The notes beneath the pieces are model-generated. The model was not told where the DNA came from, did not search any database, and saw only the letters and a program-made list of their open reading frames with translations. Source: Acidimicrobiia bacterium (GTDB taxonomy: Bacteria; Actinomycetota; Acidimicrobiia; Acidimicrobiales; CAIXPF01). From it: 64,000 nucleotides of DNA. Of the stretch, positions 1-8,856 are shown in pieces (position 1 is the stretch's first letter; every line of letters starts with the position of its first letter). The stretch is from positions 78,247-142,246 of the forward strand of contig CANJRG010000010.1 in assembly GCA_947476745.1 (NCBI GenBank). Reading direction: 5' to 3'. A program made the translations under genes and the position numbers.

Positions 1-551
1 GACTCGACCCCATCGTGATCCGCCGCCGCATCGGCATGGTGTTCCAGAAGCCGAACCCGTTCCCGAAGTCGATCTACGACAACGTGGCGTTCGGCCCGCG
101 GGTCAACGGTCAGCGCAAGGGACTCGACGAGGTGGTGGAACGAGCGCTGCGCAAGGCCGCTCTGTGGGACGAGGTCAAGGACAAGCTCAAGCAGTCGGGC
201 CTGTCGCTCTCGGGGGGTCAGCAGCAGCGTCTGTGTATCGCCCGGGCCATCGCGGTGGAGCCAGAGGTGATCCTCATGGACGAGCCGTGCTCGGCACTCG
301 ACCCGATCTCCACGATGCGCATCGAGGAGCTGATGTTCGAGCTGCAGAGCGAGTACACCGTGGTCATCGTCACCCACAACATGCAGCAGGCGGCGCGAGC
401 CTCGGACCGGACCGCCTTCTTCACTGCCGAGGTAGACGAGGCCAGTGGCCAGCGCATGGGACGGCTGGTGGAGATCGGGCGGACCGCGGACATGTTCACC
501 AAGCCGCATGACTCGCGGACCGAGGCCTATATCACCGGCCGCTTCGGCTGA
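1..551 (+). CDS. pstB: phosphate ABC transporter ATP-binding protein PstB (5' end cut by window edge)
   Basis: ORF 15..551 has the ABC signature [15 protein letters not shown], Walker [12 protein letters not shown] and a PstB-like C-terminus ...[12 protein letters not shown]. The frame is open to the window start. Confidence 0.9.
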   Translation, partial: LDPIVIRRRIGMVFQKPNPFPKSIYDNVAFGPRVNGQRKGLDEVVERALRKAALWDEVKDKLKQSGLSLSGGQQQRLCIARAIAVEPEVILMDEPCSALDPISTMRIEELMFELQSEYTVVIVTHNMQQAARASDRTAFFTAEVDEASGQRMGRLVEIGRTADMFTKPHDSRTEAYITGRFG

Positions 552-691
552 CTCGGACGAAGTCGACCGCCGGTCAGGACTGCGGCCACCGGCGACACAC
601 AGCGTTCATGGTTCTCGCGCTCCGACGAAACATGATCCGGGCAGTATGGCGTCAGCGCCTCCGGTGGCGTTGTCCCCCGGCACCATCGGAT

Positions 692-725
692 CACGACCCC
701 GGACTCTTCCCGGTCCGGGGTCGTG
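692..725. terminator. 13-bp-stem hairpin between convergent pstB and the M48 gene
   Basis: CACGACCCCGGAC (692-704) pairs perfectly with GTCCGGGGTCGTG (713-725), with an 8-nt loop. It lies in the gap between two convergent stops. Confidence 0.5.
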
Positions 726-754
726 TCGCGTTGCGGCGCGACCACAGCCGACGA

Positions 755-1885
755 TCACTGCCTGCAGGCGCAGCCGCGATCCGGCTCGAGGCCATAGGCG
801 AGCAGGTCGAGTCGTACCGAGGCCGGCGGATACGCCGACCGCCACCGTCTCGGGCCCCGCGGCGCCAAGTCGGCGCCGGCCTCCACCAGCCGGTGTCGTA
901 CCGCCCTGACGCATTCCGACGGGTCGGCCACCGCAGCCGACGCCCACCGGTCGGCGTCGGCCTCGGCGCGCCGCCGACGACTGAGCAGCGCCACACCCGC
1001 CAGCTCGCCGGCACCCGCGATACCCGCCACGAACCACAGACCCGGGACCGCTCCCGCGAGGACCCGACTCAGGGCCAGACCCGCCCCACACGCAACCACC
1101 GCCACCGCCGCCATCCGCAGGGCCAGCTCGTCACGGGCGGGACGCAGAGCACGAACGTGGCCGAGCTCGTGCGCTGCGACCGCCTCGAGCAGGGCCGATG
1201 GACCATGCAGCACCGCGGGGGACAGCACCACGGAGGCACCCGAACGGCGACGGAAGACGAAGCCCTCCTCGCCACGGCGGCTCGTCGCCGGACCACCCCG
1301 GTACCACCGCACCGGCACCGCCCGAGGGTCGGGCAACGCCTGTGCGCCGATCCGCAGCGGCGGGAGCGCCTCGAAGGGCAGCTCCACCAACCGATCGACC
1401 CGGAAGCGCCATACCCGGTGGACGGGACCGCTCAGCGCAACGGCGACGACAGCCGCACCGGGGACCACCAGCATTCCGACCACCGGCGGGCAGGCGGACC
1501 ACCAGGCGAGCAGCCCGACACCCGCCCCGCACAACGCAGCGCGACCCAGGAACTGAACCAGCTCGTCGAGCACGACCACGGCCGCCACGGCCGGCGCGCC
1601 GGTCCGGTCACCGGGCGGCAAGACGGGCGGCGCGACCAGACCATGGGCCGGTTCGTGTCGCAGCTCGCGCCATAGACCGAGAAGCAACCGGGGCGCGAGG
1701 CCCATCGCAGCGGCCGTCAGGCCGATCCGCGCCGCGGCATCTACACCGCCACCGGCCGGACCGATCGCCGCCGCGGCGACCACCAGCAGCGCCAGCTCGA
1801 GGGCGGCGGCCACCAGTTCGGCCCGGGCCAGCGGCCCGTGGTAGGCCTCGGCCCGTTCCAGCTCCGCCGGGGTGAACCAGCTCAC
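755..1885 (-). CDS. M48-family (Ste24/HtpX-like) membrane zinc metallopeptidase
   Basis: This is the C-terminal 377 codons of tracked ORF 755..2449. It has an HELGH motif (AVAAHELGHVRAL), multiple hydrophobic helices and an N-terminus WFTPAELERAEAYH. The GTG at 1885 overlaps the NUDIX stop (GTGA). The upstream part of the tracked ORF overlaps the NUDIX gene out of frame and was discarded. Confidence 0.65.
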   Translation of the reverse strand: MSWFTPAELERAEAYHGPLARAELVAAALELALLVVAAAAIGPAGGGVDAAARIGLTAAAMGLAPRLLLGLWRELRHEPAHGLVAPPVLPPGDRTGAPAVAAVVVLDELVQFLGRAALCGAGVGLLAWWSACPPVVGMLVVPGAAVVAVALSGPVHRVWRFRVDRLVELPFEALPPLRIGAQALPDPRAVPVRWYRGGPATSRRGEEGFVFRRRSGASVVLSPAVLHGPSALLEAVAAHELGHVRALRPARDELALRMAAVAVVACGAGLALSRVLAGAVPGLWFVAGIAGAGELAGVALLSRRRRAEADADRWASAAVADPSECVRAVRHRLVEAGADLAPRGPRRWRSAYPPASVRLDLLAYGLEPDRGCACRQ

Positions 1886-2319
1886 CCGGTACGTTCGACC
1901 ACCGCAACGAATCGCTCGATCACCAGGCGATCCGCGTCGTAGCTGACCGTCGCCTTCGCCTCGGCCGTGTTCAGCCAACGCATCTCGTCCACCTCGTCGT
2001 TGAGCGTCTCGATGCCACCTTCGACGTGGACCATCCAGTACCAGACCGTCTTGGACCGCTGCCTGTGATCGCGGTAGCTCACGGTCCCGAGGGGCTCGCC
2101 CAGGCTGCAGACCAGGCCGGTCTCCTCGCGGATCTCGCGGATCGCCGTCTCGGGCAGGGACTCGCCCGGATCGACCTTGCCTTTCGGAAGCGACCAGTCG
2201 AGCCGGTGCGGACGGTGCACCACCAGTACCTCGAGCTCGCCGTCGGCCCGGCGGCGCCACACCACCCCGCCGGCAGCGCGAACCTCGGGCTGTTCGAACT
2301 CGGGGGCCATCTCGTTCAT
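1882..2319 (-). CDS. NUDIX hydrolase (MutT1-like position downstream of ppk)
   Basis: It has a Nudix box: GKVDPGESLPETAIREIREETGL. The ATG at 2319 overlaps the ppk stop (ATGA). Confidence 0.85.
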   Translation of the reverse strand: MNEMAPEFEQPEVRAAGGVVWRRRADGELEVLVVHRPHRLDWSLPKGKVDPGESLPETAIREIREETGLVCSLGEPLGTVSYRDHRQRSKTVWYWMVHVEGGIETLNDEVDEMRWLNTAEAKATVSYDADRLVIERFVAVVERTG

Positions 2320-4418
2320 CGGACCGGCCCCGAGCGCGCCGCCCAGAACTCGTGCAGCCGCAGGTGCGTGTCAGCATGGTGCTCGGCGTGCTCGGCGGCC
2401 ACAGGCCACCAGTCGCCCTGATCGTCGAGGCGCCAGGCCAACGTGTCATCGGCGAGCCCGATGGCGAGGATCTCCAGCAACAGGGCCCGCAGCTCCGGCT
2501 CGGCGATCGGCACCAGCGCCTCGATACGCCGGTCGAGGTTGCGTGGCATCAGGTCGGCGGAACCGATGTAGCAGACCGGCTTGGCGCGCCCCTCGCCGTT
2601 GGCGAAGTAGTAGATCCGCGAGTGCTCGAGGTAGCGGCCGATGAGCGAACGGACCCGGATGTTCTCCGACATGCCGGCCAGCCCGGGCCGCAGGCAGCAG
2701 ATCCCCCGCACGGTCAGGTCGATCTGGACCCCGTCGTTGGACGCGGCATACAGCTCGTCGATCAGGTCGGCGTCGACCAGGCTGTTCATCTTCATCATGA
2801 TCCGCCCCTCCGTCCCCAGCTCCCGCTCGGCCCGGATGAGGGCGCTGATTGCCGGACGCAGGCCCAGCGGCGCCACCAGCAGCCGACCGTAGGAAGGCTC
2901 CGAACCAAACCCGGTGAGGAAGTTGAACAGGCTGATGAGATCGTCGCCCACCTGCTCGTCGGCGGTGAAAAGCCCGAGGTCCTCGTAGACCCGGGCAGTG
3001 CGAGAGTTGTAGTTGCCCGTGCCGATGTGGCAGTACCGGCGGAGCCGGCCCTCTTCCTCCCGGATCACCAGGGTCGTCTTGGTGTGGGTCTTCAACCCCA
3101 CCAGGCCGTACACCACGTGCACCCCGGCTTTTTCCAGCCGCCGGGCCCATTCGATGTTGGCCTGCTCGTCGAAGCGCGCCTTGAGCTCGACGAGGGCTGC
3201 CACCTGCTTGCCCAGCTCCGCGGCCCGGATGAGGGCGTTGATGATCGGGGTGTCGCCCGAGGTCCGATACAGCGTGATCTTGATGGCCAGCACCGCCGGA
3301 TCGACCGCGGCCCGGTTGAGGAAGGTCTCCACCGACGAGCGGAACGAGACGTACGGGTGATGCACCAGCACGTCGCCCCGCCGGAGCGCACCGAAGAGAT
3401 CGAGACCCTCGGCATCGGCCCCGTTGAGGTGCGGCTCGGGGATCGACGTCAACGGCGCATGGTGCAACTCGGGCCGATCGAGGTTGGCCAGCGGCATCAG
3501 TCCGACAAGGCCGATCGGCGCCCGGCAGACGTAGACGTCCTGCGACCCGACCTCGAGCTCGTCGCAGAGCAGCGCCAGGATCTCCTCGCCCATGCCAGGC
3601 CCGACCTCGAGGCGAACGGCCTGGTTGAAGCGGCGACGCCGCAGCTCGAGCTCGACGGCGGTCAGCAGGTCTTCCGCTTCCTCCTCGTCGAGGTCGAGGT
3701 CGGCGCTACGGGTCACCCGGAACGGCTCGGCGCTGACGATCTCCATGCCCGGGAACAACAGTGCGGCATGCGCGGCGACGACCTGTTCGACCGGGACGGA
3801 GCTACCGGTGCCGGGCACGCCCAGGAACCGGGGCAGGGAGCTGGGCACCTTCACCCGGGCGAAGCGCACCGTACCCGATCTGGGATGGCGGGCGGTCACC
3901 GCCAGGTTCAACGACAGGTTCGAGATGTAGGGGAACGGGTGGCTCGGGTCGACCGCCAGGGGCGTGAGGATCGGGAATATCCGTTCGTGGAACTCCTTGG
4001 AAAGCGACTTGCGCGCCTGCTCGTCGAGCCGTTCCCAGGAGGTCACCGTGACCCCGACCCCTTCGAGCGCCGGCAGCAGCTCCTCGAGGAACAGCTCCTC
4101 GTGGATCGCTGACAACTCCTCGACGCGGGAGCGGATCTCGGCCAGTTGCTGGCGTGGGGTGCGTCCGTCCGGCGTGCGGGTCGCCACCCCGGCGGCCACC
4201 TGGTCCTTCAGGCCGGCGACCCGGACCTGGAAGAACTCATCGAGGTTGTTCGCGAAGATGGCCACGTAGCGGGCCCGTTCCAGCAGCGGTTGATCCGGAT
4301 CGATTGCCAGGTGGAGCACCCGGCGGTTGAACTCGAGCCACGACAGTTCGCGGTTGAGGAACCGGCTGGTCGGCGGCCGTCGGCTGGAGGGCGACATGGC
4401 GGCATGGTACCGAGTCAC
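2316..4418 (-). CDS. ppk: polyphosphate kinase 1
   Basis: The 700-aa ORF has a PPK1-typical N-terminus RFLNRELSWLEFNRRVLHLA and family-wide similarity along its whole length. The start could instead be the second Met (4397). Confidence 0.95.
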   Translation of the reverse strand: MTRYHAAMSPSSRRPPTSRFLNRELSWLEFNRRVLHLAIDPDQPLLERARYVAIFANNLDEFFQVRVAGLKDQVAAGVATRTPDGRTPRQQLAEIRSRVEELSAIHEELFLEELLPALEGVGVTVTSWERLDEQARKSLSKEFHERIFPILTPLAVDPSHPFPYISNLSLNLAVTARHPRSGTVRFARVKVPSSLPRFLGVPGTGSSVPVEQVVAAHAALLFPGMEIVSAEPFRVTRSADLDLDEEEAEDLLTAVELELRRRRFNQAVRLEVGPGMGEEILALLCDELEVGSQDVYVCRAPIGLVGLMPLANLDRPELHHAPLTSIPEPHLNGADAEGLDLFGALRRGDVLVHHPYVSFRSSVETFLNRAAVDPAVLAIKITLYRTSGDTPIINALIRAAELGKQVAALVELKARFDEQANIEWARRLEKAGVHVVYGLVGLKTHTKTTLVIREEEGRLRRYCHIGTGNYNSRTARVYEDLGLFTADEQVGDDLISLFNFLTGFGSEPSYGRLLVAPLGLRPAISALIRAERELGTEGRIMMKMNSLVDADLIDELYAASNDGVQIDLTVRGICCLRPGLAGMSENIRVRSLIGRYLEHSRIYYFANGEGRAKPVCYIGSADLMPRNLDRRIEALVPIAEPELRALLLEILAIGLADDTLAWRLDDQGDWWPVAAEHAEHHADTHLRLHEFWAARSGPVR

Positions 4419-4484
4419 TCTGTCGATGGCGCGGCGATCGACCTGGCGGATCGAGGCGCGCCGTCGACGAGCGGTCGGTCAGCC

Positions 4485-4745
4485 CTAGTCCTCGTCGTAG
4501 CCGAGATCCCAGCGCAGGGCGATGGCCTCACGCTCGGCATCGCGCACCACCCGCTCGCGGTTGCGCCGGAACTGCGGGTCGTGCGGCGGGAGCAGCACCA
4601 ACCGAGCCATGACCCGGGCCCTGAAGTCGTCGATCAACTTCCGATCACCGGACTGTCCGCGGACCTCCCAGTGCGGCGCGACCGGGCCGAGATAGACCAC
4701 GGTCACGTGGGCGACGGGTGCTTCCATCGACGCGGTATCGGTCAT
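4485..4745 (-). CDS. hypothetical small protein (86 aa)
   Basis: The internal ATG at 4745 of ORF 4485..4814 is preceded by GGGAGAAGACG (SD-like). I recognise no family. Confidence 0.4.
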   Translation of the reverse strand: MTDTASMEAPVAHVTVVYLGPVAPHWEVRGQSGDRKLIDDFRARVMARLVLLPPHDPQFRRNRERVVRDAEREAIALRWDLGYDED

Positions 4746-4958
4746 CGTCTTCTCCCGAGCCCAGGGCTCACGGTGGCGGGTCGTCGCGTTTGCGGCCGCA
4801 ATAGCGTACCCCACGTGTCACGCGATCCGGTCCGACCGGTCGGTTAGACTCGGATCCACGATGTTTTTACCTCGTTCTGCGACGCCGTATCCGATGATGT
4901 CCGGCAACGGAACCCGCATCCAGGTTCCCGGGATCATCGAGGGAGATCGGAGGTAGCT

Positions 4959-5213
4959 GTGGACAACGAATGGATGGCAGACGGCAACTGTGCCGCCCAA
5001 CCCCCGGGCACGTTCTTCCCGAGCGACGGCGCCGGCGTGGAGGTCGCGAAACGCATCTGCGCCACGTGCGAGGTCAGGGTCCTCTGTCTCGAGTACGCCC
5101 TGCACAACCGGATCGATCACGGCGTCTGGGGGGGCACCTCGGAGCGCGAGCGTCGCCGCATCCTGCGCCGTCGCCGCATGGACCGCGAGGGCGTGCCGGT
5201 CGACATCGACTGA
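4959..5213 (+). CDS. WhiB-family Fe-S transcriptional regulator
   Basis: It has four Cys in the WhiB pattern (C11, CATC, C), a GVWGG turn and a basic tail RERRRILRRRR. The GTG start is 5 nt after GGAGG (4949-4953). Confidence 0.85.
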   Translation: MDNEWMADGNCAAQPPGTFFPSDGAGVEVAKRICATCEVRVLCLEYALHNRIDHGVWGGTSERERRRILRRRRMDREGVPVDID

Positions 5214-5245
5214 GTCCGACCGCCGAAGCGGCCGGCTCGGACCCG

Positions 5246-5268
5246 GGGGTGACACCTGATCACCCCCG
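5246..5268. terminator. 8-bp GC hairpin between convergent whiB and tatA
   Basis: GGGGGTGA (5246-5253) pairs with TCACCCCC (5261-5268), with a 7-nt loop. Confidence 0.35.
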
Positions 5269-5279
5269 ATACCGACGGA

Positions 5280-5456
5280 TTACTTCGTGTCCGGGGTCTC
5301 GTCGTCGTCGGTCTCGCCGTCGTTGAGGCCCTTCTTGAACTCTTTCTGAGCCTGCCCGACCGAACGAGCAAGCTTGGGGAGTTGTGATCCGCCGAAGAGC
5401 AGCAGTGCGATCACCGCGATGATGATCCACTCCTGGCCCTGGAGAAATGCAAGCAT
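5280..5456 (-). CDS. tatA: twin-arginine translocase subunit TatA/E
   Basis: MLAFLQGQEWIIIAVIALLLFGGSQLPKLARSVGQAQKEFKKG shows a single TM helix, the FG hinge, an amphipathic helix and an acidic tail. I chose the internal Met of ORF 5280..5504. Confidence 0.8.
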   Translation of the reverse strand: MLAFLQGQEWIIIAVIALLLFGGSQLPKLARSVGQAQKEFKKGLNDGETDDDETPDTK

Positions 5457-5518
5457 CCCTGGATGGTACCGGCTCCCGGGCGGCGGAGTCCTGTCGAGCG
5501 GCACAGGCCGCCCGCGAC

Positions 5519-5815
5519 TCAGGCGGTCGCGGTCGAGCGGATGACCACCACGTTGGCGTTGGCCATGGCCCGAGCGCGCCGAATCCGTCGACGCTCGCGT
5601 TCCGACAAGCCACCCCAGATGCCGAACTTCTCGCCGTTGGTGATGGCGTAATCGAGGCAGTCGGCCCGCACCACGCAGGCTCTGCAGACTTCTTTCGCCT
5701 CACGCGTGGAGGCACCTCGCTCTGGGAAGAACAGGTCAGGATCGACGCCGAGGCAGTTCGCAAATCGCTGCCAGGTCAACTCTTCGGTTTCGGTCTCGGA
5801 TGTAGCGCTTCGCAT
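5519..5815 (-). CDS. WhiB-family regulator, WhiB2/WhmD-like
   Basis: CLGVDPDLFFPERGASTREAKEVCRACVVRADCLDYAITNGEKFGIWGGLSERERRRIRR. The ATG at 5815 is 5 nt after GGGAGGA. The rest of tracked ORF 5519..6118 is discarded. Confidence 0.85.
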   Translation of the reverse strand: MRSATSETETEELTWQRFANCLGVDPDLFFPERGASTREAKEVCRACVVRADCLDYAITNGEKFGIWGGLSERERRRIRRARAMANANVVVIRSTATA

Positions 5816-5904
5816 GTGATCCTCCCGTCGTTCGGGTTTCGGGCCAACCCCATGCCGTCCATCCCCGTGCCTTCGTGCGAGGGGATCCACCTGTTCGCAC
5901 GTCG

Positions 5905-5916
5905 CTGTAATTACAG
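5905..5916. promoter_or_regulatory. AT-rich perfect 12-bp palindrome CTGTAATTACAG about 90 nt upstream of the whiB2-like start (candidate operator / -10 region)
   Basis: It is a perfect self-complement and the only AT-rich island in a 476-bp GC-rich spacer. It contains TGTAAT on both strands. Confidence 0.3.
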
Positions 5917-6291
5917 TCGTGTGATCTTCCCTCACCAGGACTGCGAAGATCAAGCGCGCCGACCTGGTCGACACCTCGAGATGCGCAGACCAAGCGAGCG
6001 ACGTCACGCAACACGGAGCCGGCGTCCCCGGCAACGTTGCGAACCGGAGGCGCTCCGGCGGCGCAGTTGGCGACGAAGCCGACCGCCGGGACACGTGACC
6101 CGAAACCGGTGCAGGCATGCCGGACCCGCGATGGAAGCAACACCGGCGACCTCGAAGTCACCGACGGCTTTCGCCTCCCCGCCCGCTGGGTAGCTCAACC
6201 GTAGGCCCGATCCACCGCCGAACGCCATACAGATAGGCTGATTTTCTCGTGCCCTAACCGGCCGAACACCGCTCGCAGACCCGCGTTGCGG

Positions 6292-6732
6292 TCATTCCTC
6301 CCGCGAGACCGGATCGATCAGCCCTGCCAGCCCACTGGACGGCGCCGACTCTGCCAGCCATTCCAACTGGTCCGTCTGGTCCCTCCGGGGCTCGCCCGCC
6401 GGTGGCGGCCATCCTGCGGATGGACGGAACCCCGGACCCCAGACAACGGCATCGAGACGGCGACGGATCGACGTCAGATAGATGATCGCCACGACCAGGC
6501 CGACCGGCTGGCAGACCGCCAGCCCCACCGACGCCAGCACGATCCACTGCGTCCGGTCGACCCCGGCCAGCGCGAACTGTTGATCGGGCCGGCGCGCGGC
6601 ATCGATCAACGTCCAGATCGACAGGCCTACCGCAGCCACCGCAGCGAGCGACACAGCGACGAGGAAGGTCAGCCACAACACCAACAGACCGACCCCGAAC
6701 ACCGAGCCGCTGTCGGCGACCATCACCGGCAA
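6292..6732 (-). CDS. hypothetical integral membrane protein
   Basis: It has three or so hydrophobic helices (GVGLLVLWLTFLVAVSLAAVAAVGL, WIVLASVGLAVCQPVGLVVAIIYL) and a Pro/Gly-rich tail. I recognise no family. Confidence 0.5.
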   Translation of the reverse strand: MPVMVADSGSVFGVGLLVLWLTFLVAVSLAAVAAVGLSIWTLIDAARRPDQQFALAGVDRTQWIVLASVGLAVCQPVGLVVAIIYLTSIRRRLDAVVWGPGFRPSAGWPPPAGEPRRDQTDQLEWLAESAPSSGLAGLIDPVSREE

Positions 6733-6742
6733 GGCGGGCGCC

Positions 6743-8767
6743 CTAGGCGCTGCGTCGGCTGCGTCCGCCGAGCAGCTTCTTCTTCTGCTCCAGGAAATCG
6801 ACCAGCACGTAGTCCCCGAGCGTGTCGGGGGTGGTGAAGAACGCCCGCCCCCGGTTCATCTCGGCCACCTTCTCGATGAACGCCTTGAGGTAGCTCGTGG
6901 CGTCCAGCATGAAGGTGTTGATGACGATGCCGTCCTTGGTGCAGCGGGCCACCTCACGCAGCGTGCGTTGGATGGTCTCCGGCTCGGGCGGGTACGCGAA
7001 GTACGGGGTGCCGTCGTCCTCGATGTGGGCGGTCGGTTCGCCGTCGGTGATCATGATGATCTGCTTGGTGCCGGTCTGGCGGGAGAGCATTTGGCGCGAG
7101 ATGGCGAGACCGTGCTGCATGTTCGTGCCGTACACGTAGTCCCAGCTCACCTCGGGCAGCTCATGGGCCTTGAACTCCCGGGCCACCGACGAGAACCCGA
7201 CAAGACCCATGTAGTCCCGGGGGTACTGCGAGGAGATCAGGCTGTGCAGCGCCATGGCGACCTTCTTGGCCGGCAGAAAGTTGTCGCGCATCGGCATCGA
7301 CAGCGACAGGTCGAGCATCAGCACCGTCGACTGGCGGACCATGGTCTCGGTCCGTTCGACCTCGAAGTCGTCCGGCGTGAGACGCACCGGGGAACCCACC
7401 CCCTGGCGCCGCACGGCATTACGCATGGTCTGCTGGATGTCAAGGTTGAACGGGTCGCCGAACTCGTAGGGCTTGGTCGAGTACTCGCGCTCGTGACCGA
7501 AACCGCTCTTGGCGATGGCGTGCCGGCCGACCTGGTCCATGCGCAGATTCTTGAACAGGTCCGTCAGTGCGTTCTGGCCGATGCGGCGGATACCACGTGG
7601 GGTGAGCTCGAGCTTGCCCTCGCGGTTCTCGATCAGCCCGGCCTCCTCGAGCATCTTGGCGATGCGGGCCATGTTCTGCAGGCTCTGGGCCGCCTCGTCA
7701 CCGAGCAGCTCCCGGGCCCGCTCGATGTCGACCTCGGCGAGCGCCCCCGGGTTGGAGGCACCGCGTAGCAGGTTCTCGAGCTGGTCGAGGTCGCCAAGCT
7801 GCTCCATGAGCTCGGCGGCCTGACCGAAGTTGAGCGGATCCTGGCCGGTGAAGTTGTAGCTCTTCTCCCAGCCGGCGTCGGGGAAGGCCTGCTGCAGGTT
7901 CTGGGCGAGCTGATCCATCTGCCAACGCAGGTCCATGTCCTCGAGCAGCTGCTGGGACAGGCCCTGCAGCTGGGCCCGCTGCTCGGGGGTCATCGAGTTC
8001 AACATCGCCTGCATGGCGGCCATGCGCTCGGCCATCGTCTCGAGCAACTCGTCGAGGTTCTGCGGATTCTCCGGGAAGAAATCCCCGAAGCGCTGCATGA
8101 AGTTCTCGAAATCCTGCTGGGTGGCCTCACCCCGGTTGCGCTTGTCGAGCAGGTTGTTCAGCTCGGACATCATGTCCTTGGTGCGAGCCATGTCCTCGGG
8201 GGTGATGTTCTCCATCGCCCCCGCCATCTGGTTGACCTGGCTCTGCATGATCTGCTGGCGCAGCTGGTCGATGAGCTCCTCGAAGCGCTGCTGGGCCTCC
8301 TGGGAGACGAAGTCGTACTCCTGCAGTTCCTTCACCTGGCCGGCGAGGTCGGGTGACAGCATGTCGAGCTGGAAGTTCCGCTCCGCCATGGACTGCTGGG
8401 TGAGTTCTTGCTGACGCTGGTCAGCGGACCGAGCGGCCTCGTCGAGCCGGTCCTCGATGGCCTCGCGCTCCATTTCGACCACCTCGCGCAGATCCTGGGC
8501 GATGTCGTCGTACACCCCGCCGAGGTCGTAGCGCTCCAGTTCGTTCTTGCGACGCCGGCGCAGGTTCTCGAGCATCTCCCGGATGCCCTGCATGTGGTCG
8601 CCGTCGGGGGTGCGGAACCCCTGGTGCATCATCTTGCGCAGCGCGGCGTTGAGATCACCGTGATAGAGCAGATCATCGGTGAGTTCGGCCAGGATTTCAT
8701 CGGCTCCGAGCTCGAACCCGACCTGTGTGCCGTCCCAACGGGAGTAGCGATAGCGAGAACCCGACAT
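6743..8767 (-). CDS. VWA-domain protein (partner type of ChlI/MoxR-like AAA+ ATPases)
   Basis: The C-terminal VWA domain has the MIDAS motif DLSLS (VLMLDLSLSMPMRD) and ITDGEPT. A long Gln/Glu/Met/Leu-rich predicted coiled region lies in the middle. The N-terminus MSGSRYRYSRWDGTQ is typical of this actinobacterial family. Confidence 0.85.
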   Translation of the reverse strand: MSGSRYRYSRWDGTQVGFELGADEILAELTDDLLYHGDLNAALRKMMHQGFRTPDGDHMQGIREMLENLRRRRKNELERYDLGGVYDDIAQDLREVVEMEREAIEDRLDEAARSADQRQQELTQQSMAERNFQLDMLSPDLAGQVKELQEYDFVSQEAQQRFEELIDQLRQQIMQSQVNQMAGAMENITPEDMARTKDMMSELNNLLDKRNRGEATQQDFENFMQRFGDFFPENPQNLDELLETMAERMAAMQAMLNSMTPEQRAQLQGLSQQLLEDMDLRWQMDQLAQNLQQAFPDAGWEKSYNFTGQDPLNFGQAAELMEQLGDLDQLENLLRGASNPGALAEVDIERARELLGDEAAQSLQNMARIAKMLEEAGLIENREGKLELTPRGIRRIGQNALTDLFKNLRMDQVGRHAIAKSGFGHEREYSTKPYEFGDPFNLDIQQTMRNAVRRQGVGSPVRLTPDDFEVERTETMVRQSTVLMLDLSLSMPMRDNFLPAKKVAMALHSLISSQYPRDYMGLVGFSSVAREFKAHELPEVSWDYVYGTNMQHGLAISRQMLSRQTGTKQIIMITDGEPTAHIEDDGTPYFAYPPEPETIQRTLREVARCTKDGIVINTFMLDATSYLKAFIEKVAEMNRGRAFFTTPDTLGDYVLVDFLEQKKKLLGGRSRRSA

Positions 8768-8856
8768 GGACGCAGGCTATCGGTCCCGAGCGTTCGATGT
8801 CGGCCCGGTGCGCCTGCTGCAGCCCGATCATGGCGCATCGGTAGCGTTGGGTATCC

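Noticed and set aside
1886-2449. The N-terminal 187 codons of tracked ORF 755..2449, which would make a 564-aa protein.
   Set aside because: This part overlaps the well-supported NUDIX gene out of frame and is Arg/Gly-rich. The M48-like sequence begins at the GTG (1885) that overlaps the NUDIX stop.
5920-5936. TGTGA-N7-TCACC considered as a CRP-family site regulating the whiB2-like gene.
   Set aside because: The spacer is 7 rather than 6 nt and the right half has a mismatch. It is mentioned only as context for the neighbouring palindrome and is not called as a feature.
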